Of a stretch of 41,063 nt of DNA, positions 1 to 9,213 are shown piece after piece. The stretch is from Candidatus Methylomirabilia bacterium (GTDB lineage Bacteria > Methylomirabilota > Methylomirabilia > Rokubacteriales > CSP1-6). The notes beneath the pieces are model-generated. The model was not told the DNA's origin. It did no database searches and saw only the letters and a program-made list of their open reading frames with translations. How positions within the stretch are numbered: position 1 is the stretch's first letter; each line of letters starts with the position of its first letter. The stretch is from assembly GCA_041492755.1 (NCBI GenBank), contig JBGPXN010000022.1, positions 1 through 41,063 on the forward strand, read 5' to 3'. The translations under genes were made by a program, and so were the position numbers.

Positions 1-1
1 G

Positions 2-1066
2 TCACGCCACCCTGACGAGGTCCACGCGGCCGGTGCGGGCGAGCAGCGGCGCCCAGAGATCGCCGACACGCGCGATGCGGGCCGGCACGTTGTCGATCCG
101 GAAGTCCTCCATCTCGATGCCGCGCTCGAGCTCGTGCCACGTCACCGGCGTCGAGACGGTGGCCCGTGGGCGGGGCCGCACGGAATAGATCGAGGCCAGC
201 GTGCGGCCCCAGGCGTTCTGGTTGTAATCGACGAGCACCCGTCCGGGTGGCCGCTGCGCGCGGCGGTACTCCGCGGTCAGCAGCCGTGGATGTCGCCGCG
301 CGAGGTCGAGGGCGATGGCCTTGCTGACCGACCACACCTCCTTCTGGGTCGGCCCCCGCACGATCGGCACGTAGACGTGGACGCCGCGGGACCCGGTCGT
401 CTTCACCAGCGTCGGCATCCCGCGCGCCTGGAACGCGTCACGGACGACGAAGCTGGCGTCCCGGATCTGCGGGAACCCGACGCCCTCGCCGGGGTCGAGG
501 TCGAAGTGCAGGTAGTCGGGGCGGTCGACGTCGTCGCAGCGCGCGTACCACTGGTTCAGGTCGATGCAGCCGAGATTCACCACCCACAGCAGCGTGGCCA
601 GGTCCTGGACCATCGGGAAGTGGATGATGCTCCCCGACGCGTGCTCGATCGCGCACGTCTCGATCCAGTCCGGGCGCGGCGTGGGCGCGCGCTTCATGAA
701 GAAGAACTCGCCGTCGGCGCCGTTGGGATACCGCTTCATGACCATGGCGCGGTCCCGGACGTGCGGCAGCAGAACCCCCGCGACGTCCGCGTAGTACTGG
801 AGGAGATCGCGCTTGGTCAGGCCGAGCTCGCGCCAGAAGACCTTGCCGAGATTCGTCAGCTTCACGTCGCGGGTGCCGACGGCGAGCACGGTGTCTTCGA
901 CGTCGCGCGGGATCTCGACGCGGGGCGGCGGTCCCGCCGGTGCGCGGTTCGTCCGTTGACGCGTGGCCGGATGGTAGTCACGCGTCGGCGGGCGGGCGGC
1001 CGGTCGAGCGGCGCGCGGGCGGGGTGCGGCCTTCCGGGACGTGCTCGGCCGGCGGCGCGGCATCAC
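2..1066 (-). CDS. ligD: LigD-type primase-polymerase (NHEJ/Prim-Pol polymerase domain only)
   Basis: LTNLGKVFW...TKRDLLQYY, RYPNG...FFMK, HFDLDP, KTTGSRGVHVYVP and VLVDYNQN motifs. No ligase or phosphoesterase domain. Stop TGA at 2-4. Confidence 0.88.
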   Translation of the reverse strand: MMPRRRPSTSRKAAPRPRAARPAARPPTRDYHPATRQRTNRAPAGPPPRVEIPRDVEDTVLAVGTRDVKLTNLGKVFWRELGLTKRDLLQYYADVAGVLLPHVRDRAMVMKRYPNGADGEFFFMKRAPTPRPDWIETCAIEHASGSIIHFPMVQDLATLLWVVNLGCIDLNQWYARCDDVDRPDYLHFDLDPGEGVGFPQIRDASFVVRDAFQARGMPTLVKTTGSRGVHVYVPIVRGPTQKEVWSVSKAIALDLARRHPRLLTAEYRRAQRPPGRVLVDYNQNAWGRTLASIYSVRPRPRATVSTPVTWHELERGIEMEDFRIDNVPARIARVGDLWAPLLARTGRVDLVRVA

Positions 1067-1734
1067 ACGTCCTGCGGGCGTGACAACGGGACCAGCCGCG
1101 GCGGACGCGGGCCATGCACGCGCGCGCCGGCGACCGGCACGTAGTCGAGCTGGCGTCCCGCCGCCACGCAGCGGAGCATGAGGCCACCCCGGCTCATGTC
1201 CCCGCGCCCGACGAAATCGACGGGAAAGGTCAGGCGCGCGCCGAAGGCGGCCACGAGGACGTCGGTGTACTTGCCGGAGGCGATGCTGCCGAGCAGGACG
1301 ACCTCGCAGTCACGGCCGATGCGCCGGCCCAGCGCGCCGACCGAGGCTTCGAGGGGCTCCCGGTAGCGCCGGTTGTCGCTGCGAATGTCGACGTCGGCCG
1401 CGGCGAGCAGGTCGTCGCGCGTCACGCGCGCGTCCGGGGAACGCAAACCGGAATCCTGCGTGATGACCAGCACGCCGTCGCGAGCCGCGCGCGGCGGGCT
1501 GGCGAAGGCGCGAGCGTAGGCGAGCTTGCCTCGGAAGTAGAGACCGGACAGGAGGCTCATGACGTCGCCCAGCGGCGCGCCGGCGCCGCTGCGGAGCGCG
1601 ACGGCGAGGGGGAAGCCCGCTCGCGGAGACAGCAGCATGCGGGCGCGCTCTCCGTCGCAGCGGGCGGGGGAGAGGAGGAAGACGCGGCGTTCGGAGGGCG
1701 TTGCCGGCGTCGTCTTCCCGTTTCCGGAGGCCAT
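1063..1734 (-). CDS. conserved hypothetical protein, overlapping the ligD start
   Basis: 223-aa ORF with a globular-looking sequence (LSGLYFRGKLAYA, LLGSIASGKY, GRGDMSRGG) and a 4-bp overlap with the downstream gene. Confidence 0.75.
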   Translation of the reverse strand: MASGNGKTTPATPSERRVFLLSPARCDGERARMLLSPRAGFPLAVALRSGAGAPLGDVMSLLSGLYFRGKLAYARAFASPPRAARDGVLVITQDSGLRSPDARVTRDDLLAAADVDIRSDNRRYREPLEASVGALGRRIGRDCEVVLLGSIASGKYTDVLVAAFGARLTFPVDFVGRGDMSRGGLMLRCVAAGRQLDYVPVAGARVHGPRPPRLVPLSRPQDV

Positions 1735-1796
1735 CGCCCTCAGTGTATCGAAAATCGCGCATTGACTTTGAAGAGCGCCTCTTGCGAGGCTGAATC

Positions 1797-1943
1797 ATGA
1801 ACCAGCCAACCGCTTCCCAACCCCGTTCGGAGTCCGGCGAGTGGGTGCATCTCTGTGACCGATGCGGCGAGCGGATGGAGGAGCGCCAGTGCAAGATCGT
1901 CTGCAGAAATTGCGGCGGTTCGAGAGATTGTAGCGATCCTTGA
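1797..1943 (+). CDS. 48-aa six-cysteine zinc-finger microprotein (CxxCG type; resembles the HVO_2523-like family)
   Basis: Hand translation: MNQPTASQPRSESGEWVHLCDRCGERMEERQCKIVCRNCGGSRDCSDP*. GAGG lies 7 nt upstream, and the stop overlaps the TTG start of the next ORF (TTGA). Not in the ORF track. Confidence 0.8.
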   Translation: MNQPTASQPRSESGEWVHLCDRCGERMEERQCKIVCRNCGGSRDCSDP

Positions 1944-2364
1944 TCCGCACCGTCGACATCGCCTGGCTCGCCGGGCTCCTCGAAGGCGAAGGCTCCTTCT
2001 ACATGTCGGAGCGTTCGATCACAGTCTCCGTGAACATGACATCCAGGTCAAGGGCGAGACCGCCGCAGCGTGGGCGATGACGCTGTACACCTGGCTCGGC
2101 ATTCGCCGACGGCAGCAGGCGCGCGATGCGCTCGCTCGGTGGAAGCGCCAGCTCAATGGTGTCATCGGTCGCTCCGTGGTCGACGCCATCGTCGCCTACC
2201 GGGCGGCCGGGCTCGGCCAGGCCGATATCATGGCCCTGCTGAACGTCAGCAAGAGCACCGTCTACCGCCATACGCTGCACCGCGTGCGGCGCATGCGGGT
2301 GACACGCCGGCAGCCAGGCATACAACCGCGCCCCGCCGCTCTCACTACGATTACTCCCCGATAG
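1940..2364 (+). pseudogene. frameshifted, internally deleted LAGLIDADG-like endonuclease with C-terminal HTH
   Basis: The frame from TTG 1940 reads IRTVDIAWLAGLLEGEGSFYMSERSITVSVNMT and stops at 2078-2080. From about 2041 another frame reads IQVKGETAAAWAMTLYTWLGIRRRQQARDALARW...GLGQADIMALLNVSKSTVYRH (HTH-like). Confidence 0.72.
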
Positions 2365-2455
2365 GTTCTTGTCAGTAACGCCTGCTGTCGAATGCCGCCG
2401 CTCCGATTGTCCTCGTTTACTCCGACTTCCCGCAGCGCTAATGTAGACTCGCATC

Positions 2456-2953
2456 ATGCCCAACGCGTGGGACGATCCCGAGTGGCTACGGCACGTCTTC
2501 GACGAGACGCGCGTCGTGCGCAAGCCGCTCAGCGGGATCATCACCGGCTACCACGTGCTTCCCTACATCCTGGTCGGCTCCGAGCACGACCAGCCGGGGC
2601 ATTCGGTGGAGGTGCGAGGACGGATCAAGGTCTCGCCGCGGCTGGTCATCGCGCCGGGCCGGGACGGTCCGACCTACGGCGAGCTGTTCGGTGACCGCGA
2701 CCTGATGCATCAGACGCTGATCGCGCGCGTCTTCAGCTTCCAGTACGCCTCACGGGTGCAGCTCGAGAGCGAGGACCTGAACATCCGCCGGCAGGACCGC
2801 GACCCCGAGCGCCACCTCGAACGCGTGCTCGACGAGCTCACACAGCGGGAGATCATCAACACGGGCGTGATCGTGTCGCCGGACGCCCGGTTCTATCCCG
2901 TGTCCCTGGACCGGTTCATCCGCGAGATCCTGGACCAGGAATTCCGCGAGTAG
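2456..2953 (+). CDS. conserved hypothetical protein
   Basis: 165-aa ORF with host-like codon usage and globular composition; no family recognised. Confidence 0.75.
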   Translation: MPNAWDDPEWLRHVFDETRVVRKPLSGIITGYHVLPYILVGSEHDQPGHSVEVRGRIKVSPRLVIAPGRDGPTYGELFGDRDLMHQTLIARVFSFQYASRVQLESEDLNIRRQDRDPERHLERVLDELTQREIINTGVIVSPDARFYPVSLDRFIREILDQEFRE

Positions 2954-3008
2954 CGCACCGGCCGTGCAGCCGTGGGCTGCCGCCGGCGGCGCCGAAGTCC
3001 GCGATTCC

Positions 3009-3037
3009 TTGACACCATTTGGTCCGAATGCTATCCA
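3009..3037 (+). promoter_or_regulatory. putative sigma70 promoter of the liv-like operon
   Basis: TTGACA (3009-3014), 17-nt spacer ending TGC, then TATCCA; RBS AGGAGG at 3058-3063. Confidence 0.5.
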
Positions 3038-3072
3038 TGATCCGCACTCATCGCCGTAGGAGGCCCCCCACA

Positions 3073-4257
3073 ATGACGAAGCGATCATGGTTTGCCGTCG
3101 GCGCCGTCGGCGCCGGCGCGGCGGTCCTCGCCGCCGTGCTCCCCGCCGGCGCGCAGGGTCCGATCCGCATCGGCGCGTCGCTCTCGCTCACCGGCACCTA
3201 CGCCAAGCTCGGCAAGAACCAGCACGAAGGCTACAAGCTCTGCGAGAAGGACCTGAACGCCAAGGGCGGGCTGCTCGGGCGGAAGGTCGAATTCGTCATG
3301 TATGACGATCAGTCGATGCCGCCGACCGGCGTCCGCCTCTACGAGAAGCTGATCACCGAAGACAAGGTCGACGCGGTGATGGGGCCGTACTCCTCGCCGA
3401 TCACGGAAGCCGTGGCCAACGTCACCGAGAAGTACAAGAAGGTGATGGTGTCCCCGCTCGCCGCGACCACGTCGATCTTCAAGAAGGGTCGCAAGCATAT
3501 CTTCATGGTGATCTCGCCGGCCGAGGTGTACCTCGAGGGGCTCGTCGACATGGCGGCCAAGCGCGGCCTGAAGACGGTGGCCGTCGTGAACGAGGACACG
3601 CTGTTCTCCAAGGCGGCGGCGGCCGGCGCCGCGGAGCTGGCCAAGAAGAGGGGCATGCAGGTCGTCTACCAGGAGGCCTATCCCAAGGGGAACACCGACT
3701 TCTCGGCGCTCCTCACCAAGATCAAGTCGCTGAACCCCGACGTCATCGCCGCCGCCACCTACTTCGACGACGCCGTCGCGCTGACGCGGCAGATGAAGGA
3801 GCTCAACGTCAACCCGAAGATGTACGGCGTGACCGTGGGCGGCGACCTCCCGGAGTTCTACGACACGCTCAAGACCAACGCCGAGTACATCTACGGCGCC
3901 ACGCAGTGGGAGCCGGGGCTCCCCTATCCGGGCAACAAGGAATTCTTCGAGAGCTACAAGAAAGACTTCGGTCACGAGCCGTCGTACCACTCCGCGGCCG
4001 GGTACGCCGGCTGCATCACGTACGCGGAAGGCGTGCGCCGGGCCGCCTCGCTCGACCCCGACAAGGTGCGCGAGCAGCTGCTCAAGCTCGAGATGAAGAC
4101 CGCGTTCGGCGAGTACAAGGTCGACCAGGACGGGTTTCAGCTCGCCCACAAGATGGTCACGCTCCAGTGGCAGGACGGCAAGAAGATCGTCGTCTGGCCG
4201 GACGACCTCGCCCAGGCCAAGGCCCGTTTCCCCGCGCCTCCCTGGAATCAACGCTAG
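3073..4257 (+). CDS. livK: branched-chain amino acid (HAAT) ABC transporter substrate-binding protein
   Basis: Signal peptide, IRIGASLSLTG, GGLLGRKVEFVMYDDQS, GPYSS; ATG 3073 follows AGGAGG. Confidence 0.9.
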   Translation: MTKRSWFAVGAVGAGAAVLAAVLPAGAQGPIRIGASLSLTGTYAKLGKNQHEGYKLCEKDLNAKGGLLGRKVEFVMYDDQSMPPTGVRLYEKLITEDKVDAVMGPYSSPITEAVANVTEKYKKVMVSPLAATTSIFKKGRKHIFMVISPAEVYLEGLVDMAAKRGLKTVAVVNEDTLFSKAAAAGAAELAKKRGMQVVYQEAYPKGNTDFSALLTKIKSLNPDVIAAATYFDDAVALTRQMKELNVNPKMYGVTVGGDLPEFYDTLKTNAEYIYGATQWEPGLPYPGNKEFFESYKKDFGHEPSYHSAAGYAGCITYAEGVRRAASLDPDKVREQLLKLEMKTAFGEYKVDQDGFQLAHKMVTLQWQDGKKIVVWPDDLAQAKARFPAPPWNQR

Positions 4258-4289
4258 CTCCCCGGAAGGGGCGTTGCCCCCGTACCTCA

Positions 4290-4320
4290 CGGGAGGGGCC
4301 GCTTCACCGGGCCCCTCCCG
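4290..4320 (+). other. intercistronic stem-loop after the binding-protein gene
   Basis: CGGGAGGGGCC (4290-4300) pairs with GGCCCCTCCCG (4310-4320), an 11-bp stem with no U-tract. Confidence 0.6.
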
Positions 4321-4347
4321 TCACTTCTCCGACGTGACGGCGCCCGT

Positions 4348-5226
4348 ATGAACGTCGTCATCACGCCCACGATGGTCGGGCAGGTGATCATCTCCGGCCT
4401 TCTCTCGGGGGCGCTCTACTCGATGGTGGCCCTCGGACTCGCGTTGATCTTCGGCGTGATGCGGATCATCAACGTGGCGCACGGGCCGCTCCTGATGCTC
4501 GGTGCCTACACGACGTACTTCCTCTACAGTGGGCTCGGCCTCAACCCGTACCTCACCGTCCCCGTGAGCATGCTCGTCCTGTTCGGGGTGGGGCTGCTGC
4601 TCGAGCGCACGCTGATCTTCCGGGTCGTGGACGCGCCGGAGCTGTCCTCGCTCCTGCTGACCTTCGGCATCTCCATCGCGCTCGTGAACGCCACCCAGCT
4701 CGCCTTCACGTCCGACCTCCGCGCCGTCGAGTACCTCACCGGGTCCTGGCTGGTGGGCCCCTTCGCGGTCTCCAAGCCGCGGGTGATCGCGTTTGCCTTT
4801 GCGGTCGGCCTGACCGGCCTCGCCTTCGTCTTTCTGAAATACACGCGCACCGGCAAAGCGATTCGGGCGACGTCTCAGAGTCGCGAGGTGGCCATGGTCT
4901 GCGGCATCGACGTGGGCCGCATCCACCTGCTCACCTTCGGGCTGGCGAGCGCGCTGGCCGCGGCGGGCGGCGCGCTCATCGCGGTCATCGTCGCGATCCA
5001 GCCGGAGATGGGCCAGGTGTGGACGTTCAAGTCGTTCCTGGTGATCGTCCTCGGCGGTGCCGGCAACTATCCGGGCGCCCTGGTGGGCGGCATGCTGCTC
5101 GGACTGGTGGAGCAGCTCGCCTCGCTCTTCCTCACCACCCAGCTCTCCGAGGTCGTGGCCTACGTCCTGCTCGTGCTCGTCCTGCTCGTGCGGCCCACGG
5201 GCTTGCTCGGCGGGCGCCAGACGTGA
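4348..5226 (+). CDS. livH: HAAT ABC transporter permease
   Basis: GALYSMVALGLALIFGVMRIINVAHG and TRTGKAIRATSQ motifs; hydrophobic. Confidence 0.9.
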   Translation: MNVVITPTMVGQVIISGLLSGALYSMVALGLALIFGVMRIINVAHGPLLMLGAYTTYFLYSGLGLNPYLTVPVSMLVLFGVGLLLERTLIFRVVDAPELSSLLLTFGISIALVNATQLAFTSDLRAVEYLTGSWLVGPFAVSKPRVIAFAFAVGLTGLAFVFLKYTRTGKAIRATSQSREVAMVCGIDVGRIHLLTFGLASALAAAGGALIAVIVAIQPEMGQVWTFKSFLVIVLGGAGNYPGALVGGMLLGLVEQLASLFLTTQLSEVVAYVLLVLVLLVRPTGLLGGRQT

Positions 5227-6146
5227 AGCGCGCGGGCGCGCTCGCGCTCATCGCCCTGGCGCTGGCGGCGCTCGCCATCTATCCGGCGTTCGCCACCGGC
5301 TACGGCGTCCGCGCCGTGCTGCAGATCTTCATGTGGATCGCGCTCGCGGGGTCGTGGAACGTCATCTCGGGGTTGACCGGCTACGTCTCGTTCGGTCACG
5401 TCGCCTTCTTCGGGATGGGCGCGTACACCGGTGGCCTGCTCATCGCCAAGACAGGCTGGCCGTGGCCGCTCGCCGCCCTCGGGGGCGCGGCCGCGGCGGG
5501 GCTGCTCGCCCTCGCCATCGGCGGGCCGTGCCTGCGCCTGCGCGGCCCGTATTTCGCCATCGCCATGCTGGGTCTCAACGAGGTGCTGCGCGCCCTCGTG
5601 TCCTACTTCGAGGGGCTGACGGGTGGCGGGAACGGGCTCTCGCTTCCCACGCTCGATGCCACGGTGCCGATCTACTACGCGATGGGCCTCACGGCGGCGG
5701 CGGTGACGGCGGGCACGTACCTGATCCTGTCGTCGCGCTTCGGGCTCCGCCTCATGACCATTCGCGAGGACGAGGTGGCGGCCGAGGCGATGGGGATCGA
5801 CACCTTCAGCCACAAGCTCGTGGCCTTCCTGCTGTCGGCGCTGGGGCCGGGGCTGGCCGGGGCGCTCACCGCGCGCGATCAGGGCTACATCGAGCCGCTC
5901 AGCGTGTTTCCCCTCGCCACGACCATCACGATGATCGTCATGGCGCTGTTCGGCGGGAAGGGAACGGTGTGGGGGCCGGTGCTGGGCGCGGCCGTGCTCT
6001 TCATCGCCCAGGAAATGGTCTGGGCCCGCTATCCCTACGTTCATCCCCTGCTCTTCGGCGCGATCATCGTCGCGGTGGTGCTCGCCATGCCGCGCGGTGT
6101 GCTCGGCCTCCTGCAGCTCAAGTTCCGTCTGCCCCGGACGATTTGA
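5223..6146 (+). CDS. livM: HAAT ABC transporter permease
   Basis: SWNVISGLTGYVSFGHVAFFGMGAY, LRLRGPYFAIAML, IREDEVAAEAMG; GTGA overlap with livH. Confidence 0.9.
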   Translation: MKRAGALALIALALAALAIYPAFATGYGVRAVLQIFMWIALAGSWNVISGLTGYVSFGHVAFFGMGAYTGGLLIAKTGWPWPLAALGGAAAAGLLALAIGGPCLRLRGPYFAIAMLGLNEVLRALVSYFEGLTGGGNGLSLPTLDATVPIYYAMGLTAAAVTAGTYLILSSRFGLRLMTIREDEVAAEAMGIDTFSHKLVAFLLSALGPGLAGALTARDQGYIEPLSVFPLATTITMIVMALFGGKGTVWGPVLGAAVLFIAQEMVWARYPYVHPLLFGAIIVAVVLAMPRGVLGLLQLKFRLPRTI

Positions 6147-6853
6147 TGGCGGGGGCCGCCCTCGAGATCGTCGATCTCCGCAAGAGCTTCGGCGGCGTCA
6201 CTGCCGTCAACGGCGTGTCGCTCGCGCTGGAGCCTGGGCGTATCTACGGCCTCATCGGGCCCAATGGCTCCGGCAAGACGACGCTGTTCAACTGCATCAC
6301 CGGCGTGGAGCGGCGCGACAGCGGTCGCATCCTGCTCGATGGAGCACGGATCGACGGCCTCAAGCCCTATCAGATCGCCCAGCGGGGCGTGGGGCGAACG
6401 TTCCAGGTCATCCGCGTCTTCCCGGAGCTGACCGCGCTCGAGAACCTGCTCGTGGTGACGCGGGGCGATCACCGGGCGGCGCAGGCGCGCGCGCTCGAGC
6501 TGCTGCGCTTCGTGAAGCTGGAGGGCCTGCGCGACGAGTACGCGGGTAACCTGTCCTATGGACAGCAGAAGCTCGTGGAGTTCGTGCGCATGCTCATGCG
6601 CGAGCCCTCGCTCGTGCTCCTCGACGAGCCGGCCGCCGGCGTCAACCGTACCCTCCTCAACGATCTGCTCGATGCCGTCCGCCAGCTCCGGGACACCGGC
6701 AAGACCGTGCTGCTCGTCGAGCACGACATGAAAGTCGTCATGGGCCTGTGCGAGACGGTGTTCGTCCTGGATCACGGCGAGAAGATCGCCGAGGGACCGC
6801 CCGGCGTGATCCAGGCCGACGAGCGGGTGATTGAAGCCTACTTCGGGCGATAG
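6146..6853 (+). CDS. livG: HAAT ABC transporter ATP-binding protein
   Basis: Walker A GPNGSGKTT, LSYGQQK, LLDEPAAG, VEHDM; TGATG overlap with livM. Confidence 0.9.
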   Translation: MAGAALEIVDLRKSFGGVTAVNGVSLALEPGRIYGLIGPNGSGKTTLFNCITGVERRDSGRILLDGARIDGLKPYQIAQRGVGRTFQVIRVFPELTALENLLVVTRGDHRAAQARALELLRFVKLEGLRDEYAGNLSYGQQKLVEFVRMLMREPSLVLLDEPAAGVNRTLLNDLLDAVRQLRDTGKTVLLVEHDMKVVMGLCETVFVLDHGEKIAEGPPGVIQADERVIEAYFGR

Positions 6854-8588
6854 TTCCTCGGAGGGGGGCCTTAGCTCGGAGGGGGGCTGCGCCCCCCTTC
6901 CGACGCTCCGCGGGCCGTCGGCCCGCTTCGCTGCCTCCCCCCCAGGGCAGGATTGCGCCGGCGGAGCCGGCGCTCGGAGTGGCCGCGCTCCGCTTGGCGT
7001 TGCTGCAGCGGGTCTCGGCGATCTGCGCGTCGGTGGCCTCGGTCTCGGGGTGGTGGCTGTTCTCTTGGTTGTCGCGTTTGGGGCGCTGGCGGCGTGGCTG
7101 GCGTGGCGGTCGGCGGGGTGGCCGTTGGTGCACGATGCGCCGATCATGCACTACGTCGCGTGGCGGATCTCCGAGGGGGCGGCGCCGTATCGCGACGTGT
7201 TCGACATGAACTTTCCCGGTGTGTATCTGCTGCATCTCGCGGTGCTGCGGGGGCTGGGGCCGGGCGATGTCGCGTGGCGGGCGTTCGATCTCGGGTGGTT
7301 GATGGTGGCCGCGGGGGCGATCGCGGCGTTTGCCTGGCCGTGGGGACGGGTGGCGGCGGTGGGCGGGGCGCTGTTCTTCGTCGTCCATCATCTCGCCGGC
7401 GGCGCCGGGCAGGCGGGCCAGCGTGATTTCTTGCTCTGCCCTTTCCTCCTCCTCGGTGCGCTTGGCGTGGCGTGCTGGCTCGAATCGTGGAGTGATGAAC
7501 GTCGCGAATCGGCGGCGGCGCATCGCTCGCGGTCGGCGGCGGCGAACGGGACGCAATCACCGACGGTGGCGGCGCGCCGCGGGCCGGCGCGCCCGCTGGC
7601 GCTTGCCGGTCTCGCGCTCGGTGCCGGCGTCACGATCAAGCCCCACGCGATCGTGCTGCTCGTGATCCTGACCGTCGTCGTCGCGATCGCGGCGTCCCGG
7701 CGCGGAATGTCCCCGGTTCCGGCCGTCGGGGCGCTCGTCGGCGCCGGGCTCGTCCCGCCCTTGGCCGTCGTCGCGTGGCTCGCGTCGGTCGGCGCGCTCG
7801 GCGCGTGGATTTCGATCGTCGTCGACTATCTGCTCCCGCTCTATTCGCGCCTGGGTCGGCCGGCGCAGTGGGGCTTCCACCGGTGGACGGTCTGGATACC
7901 CATCGCCGGCGCCGTCGCCCTCTCGCTCGTGTCCGCGCCGCGACGTGGGCACTTCGGGTCGCGGCACCTCGTCGCGTCGCTCGGGGTCGCCTACGGCCTC
8001 GCGCACTACGTCGGGCAGGGGAAGGGCTGGGAGTATCACGTGTACCCGCTGGCGGCGTTCACCGGCGTGCTGCTGTTCTCCGAAGTGCGCTCGGCGCTCA
8101 CGGAGCGCCGCATGCTCGGGCTGGCGGTGGCTGTCTTGCTCGGCGCATCATGGGTCATGCTCGCGGGCAAGGGAGCGGAGGCGGCGGACGCGGCCTGGAT
8201 CGGGGACAAAGCTCGGCGCGTGGACGCCGTCGTCCGCGATCTGGCCGCGGCACCCACGTGCGCCCGCGTGCAGTCGCTCGACACGACCGAAGGCGGCGTG
8301 CACGCGCTGCTGCGGCTCCGCATCGCCCAGCCCACCCGCTTCCTGTACGACTTCCACTTCTTTCACGACACGACGACCGCGATCGTCCAGCGGCTGCGCG
8401 CGGAATTCGCGCGGGACCTGGCCGCGCGCCCGCCCGACTGCATCGTGCTCTTCCGGCACGGGTGGCCGGTGGGCGGCTACGAGCGCGTCGAGGCGTTCCC
8501 CGAGCTGGCGCGGGTGTTGGCCGTCGACTACCGGGCCCGGACCCGAGGCGACGGCTACGTGATCTATGCGAAGCGAGCCCGTTCGTAG
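6831..8588 (+). CDS. GT-C-like polytopic membrane glycosyltransferase (ArnT/PMT-like); true start probably downstream of about 7000
   Basis: First TM helix followed by WPLVHDAPIMHY...PYRDVFDMNFPG, many TM segments, IKP, YHVYP and a soluble C-terminal domain. The N-terminal about 55 codons merely read through the repeat element. Confidence 0.65.
   Translation: MKPTSGDSSSEGGLSSEGGCAPLPTLRGPSARFAASPPGQDCAGGAGARSGRAPLGVAAAGLGDLRVGGLGLGVVAVLLVVAFGALAAWLAWRSAGWPLVHDAPIMHYVAWRISEGAAPYRDVFDMNFPGVYLLHLAVLRGLGPGDVAWRAFDLGWLMVAAGAIAAFAWPWGRVAAVGGALFFVVHHLAGGAGQAGQRDFLLCPFLLLGALGVACWLESWSDERRESAAAHRSRSAAANGTQSPTVAARRGPARPLALAGLALGAGVTIKPHAIVLLVILTVVVAIAASRRGMSPVPAVGALVGAGLVPPLAVVAWLASVGALGAWISIVVDYLLPLYSRLGRPAQWGFHRWTVWIPIAGAVALSLVSAPRRGHFGSRHLVASLGVAYGLAHYVGQGKGWEYHVYPLAAFTGVLLFSEVRSALTERRMLGLAVAVLLGASWVMLAGKGAEAADAAWIGDKARRVDAVVRDLAAAPTCARVQSLDTTEGGVHALLRLRIAQPTRFLYDFHFFHDTTTAIVQRLRAEFARDLAARPPDCIVLFRHGWPVGGYERVEAFPELARVLAVDYRARTRGDGYVIYAKRARS
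6857..6992. repeat. GC-rich multi-hairpin REP-like intergenic element
   Basis: Direct repeat CTCGGAGGGGGGC at 6857 and 6875. Hairpins TCGGAGGGGGGC-TGC-GCCCCCCTTCCGA, GCGGGCC-GTC-GGCCCGC and GCGCCGGC-GGA-GCCGGCGC. Confidence 0.6.
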
Positions 8589-9213
8589 CATCGTCGCGGC
8601 CTACGACGACCCCGTCGTGCGGGCGTACTGTCGCGTGCGTTTCGGGATCCTGCGCCAGCGCTTCCTGGACGAGATCGGCCAGTACCTGCCGGACGAGGGG
8701 CCGGTGCTCGACATCGGGTGCGGCTTCGGGCTGTTCTCGCTCTACTACGCGGCCACGGGCCCGCGGCGATTCGTGCGCGGGCTCGACGTCAACCCGCGGC
8801 GCATCGCGCTGGCCCGTCGCGCCGCGGCCAAGCTCGGGCTGGACAACGTCGCCTACGAGGAAGCCGACGCGCGGGACTTCAAGGGCGATGGCGAAGTGGC
8901 CGCCGCCTACATGCTGGACATCGTGCACCACGTTCCGCCCTCCGCGGTTCCAGCGCTGCTCGCCGCGCTCCACCGCTGCCTGCCGGTGGGCGGCGTGCTC
9001 GTCCTGAAGGACGTCGACACGCGGCCGGCCCCGAAGCGCTGGTTCACGTGGATCCTCGACAAGCTCATGGCGCCGACCACGCCCGTCCACTATTGGAGCG
9101 CGGAGGCGCTCACGTCCGCCCTCCATACCACCGGCTTCCGCGTGCGCCGTCATCTCATGGTCGACCTGCTGCCGTACGCCCACGTCCTGTACGTGTGCGA
9201 GCGGCTCCGATGA
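8566..9213 (+). CDS. class I SAM-dependent methyltransferase
   Basis: VLDIGCGFG motif I, GLDVN, DIVHH, GGVLVLKD. Confidence 0.88.
   Translation: MRSEPVRSIVAAYDDPVVRAYCRVRFGILRQRFLDEIGQYLPDEGPVLDIGCGFGLFSLYYAATGPRRFVRGLDVNPRRIALARRAAAKLGLDNVAYEEADARDFKGDGEVAAAYMLDIVHHVPPSAVPALLAALHRCLPVGGVLVLKDVDTRPAPKRWFTWILDKLMAPTTPVHYWSAEALTSALHTTGFRVRRHLMVDLLPYAHVLYVCERLR

Noticed and set aside
1855..2040. N-terminal part of the 169-aa ORF in the track
   Set aside because: It overlaps the better-supported zinc-finger ORF and the LAGLIDADG motif in other frames; only its 3' half looks coding.
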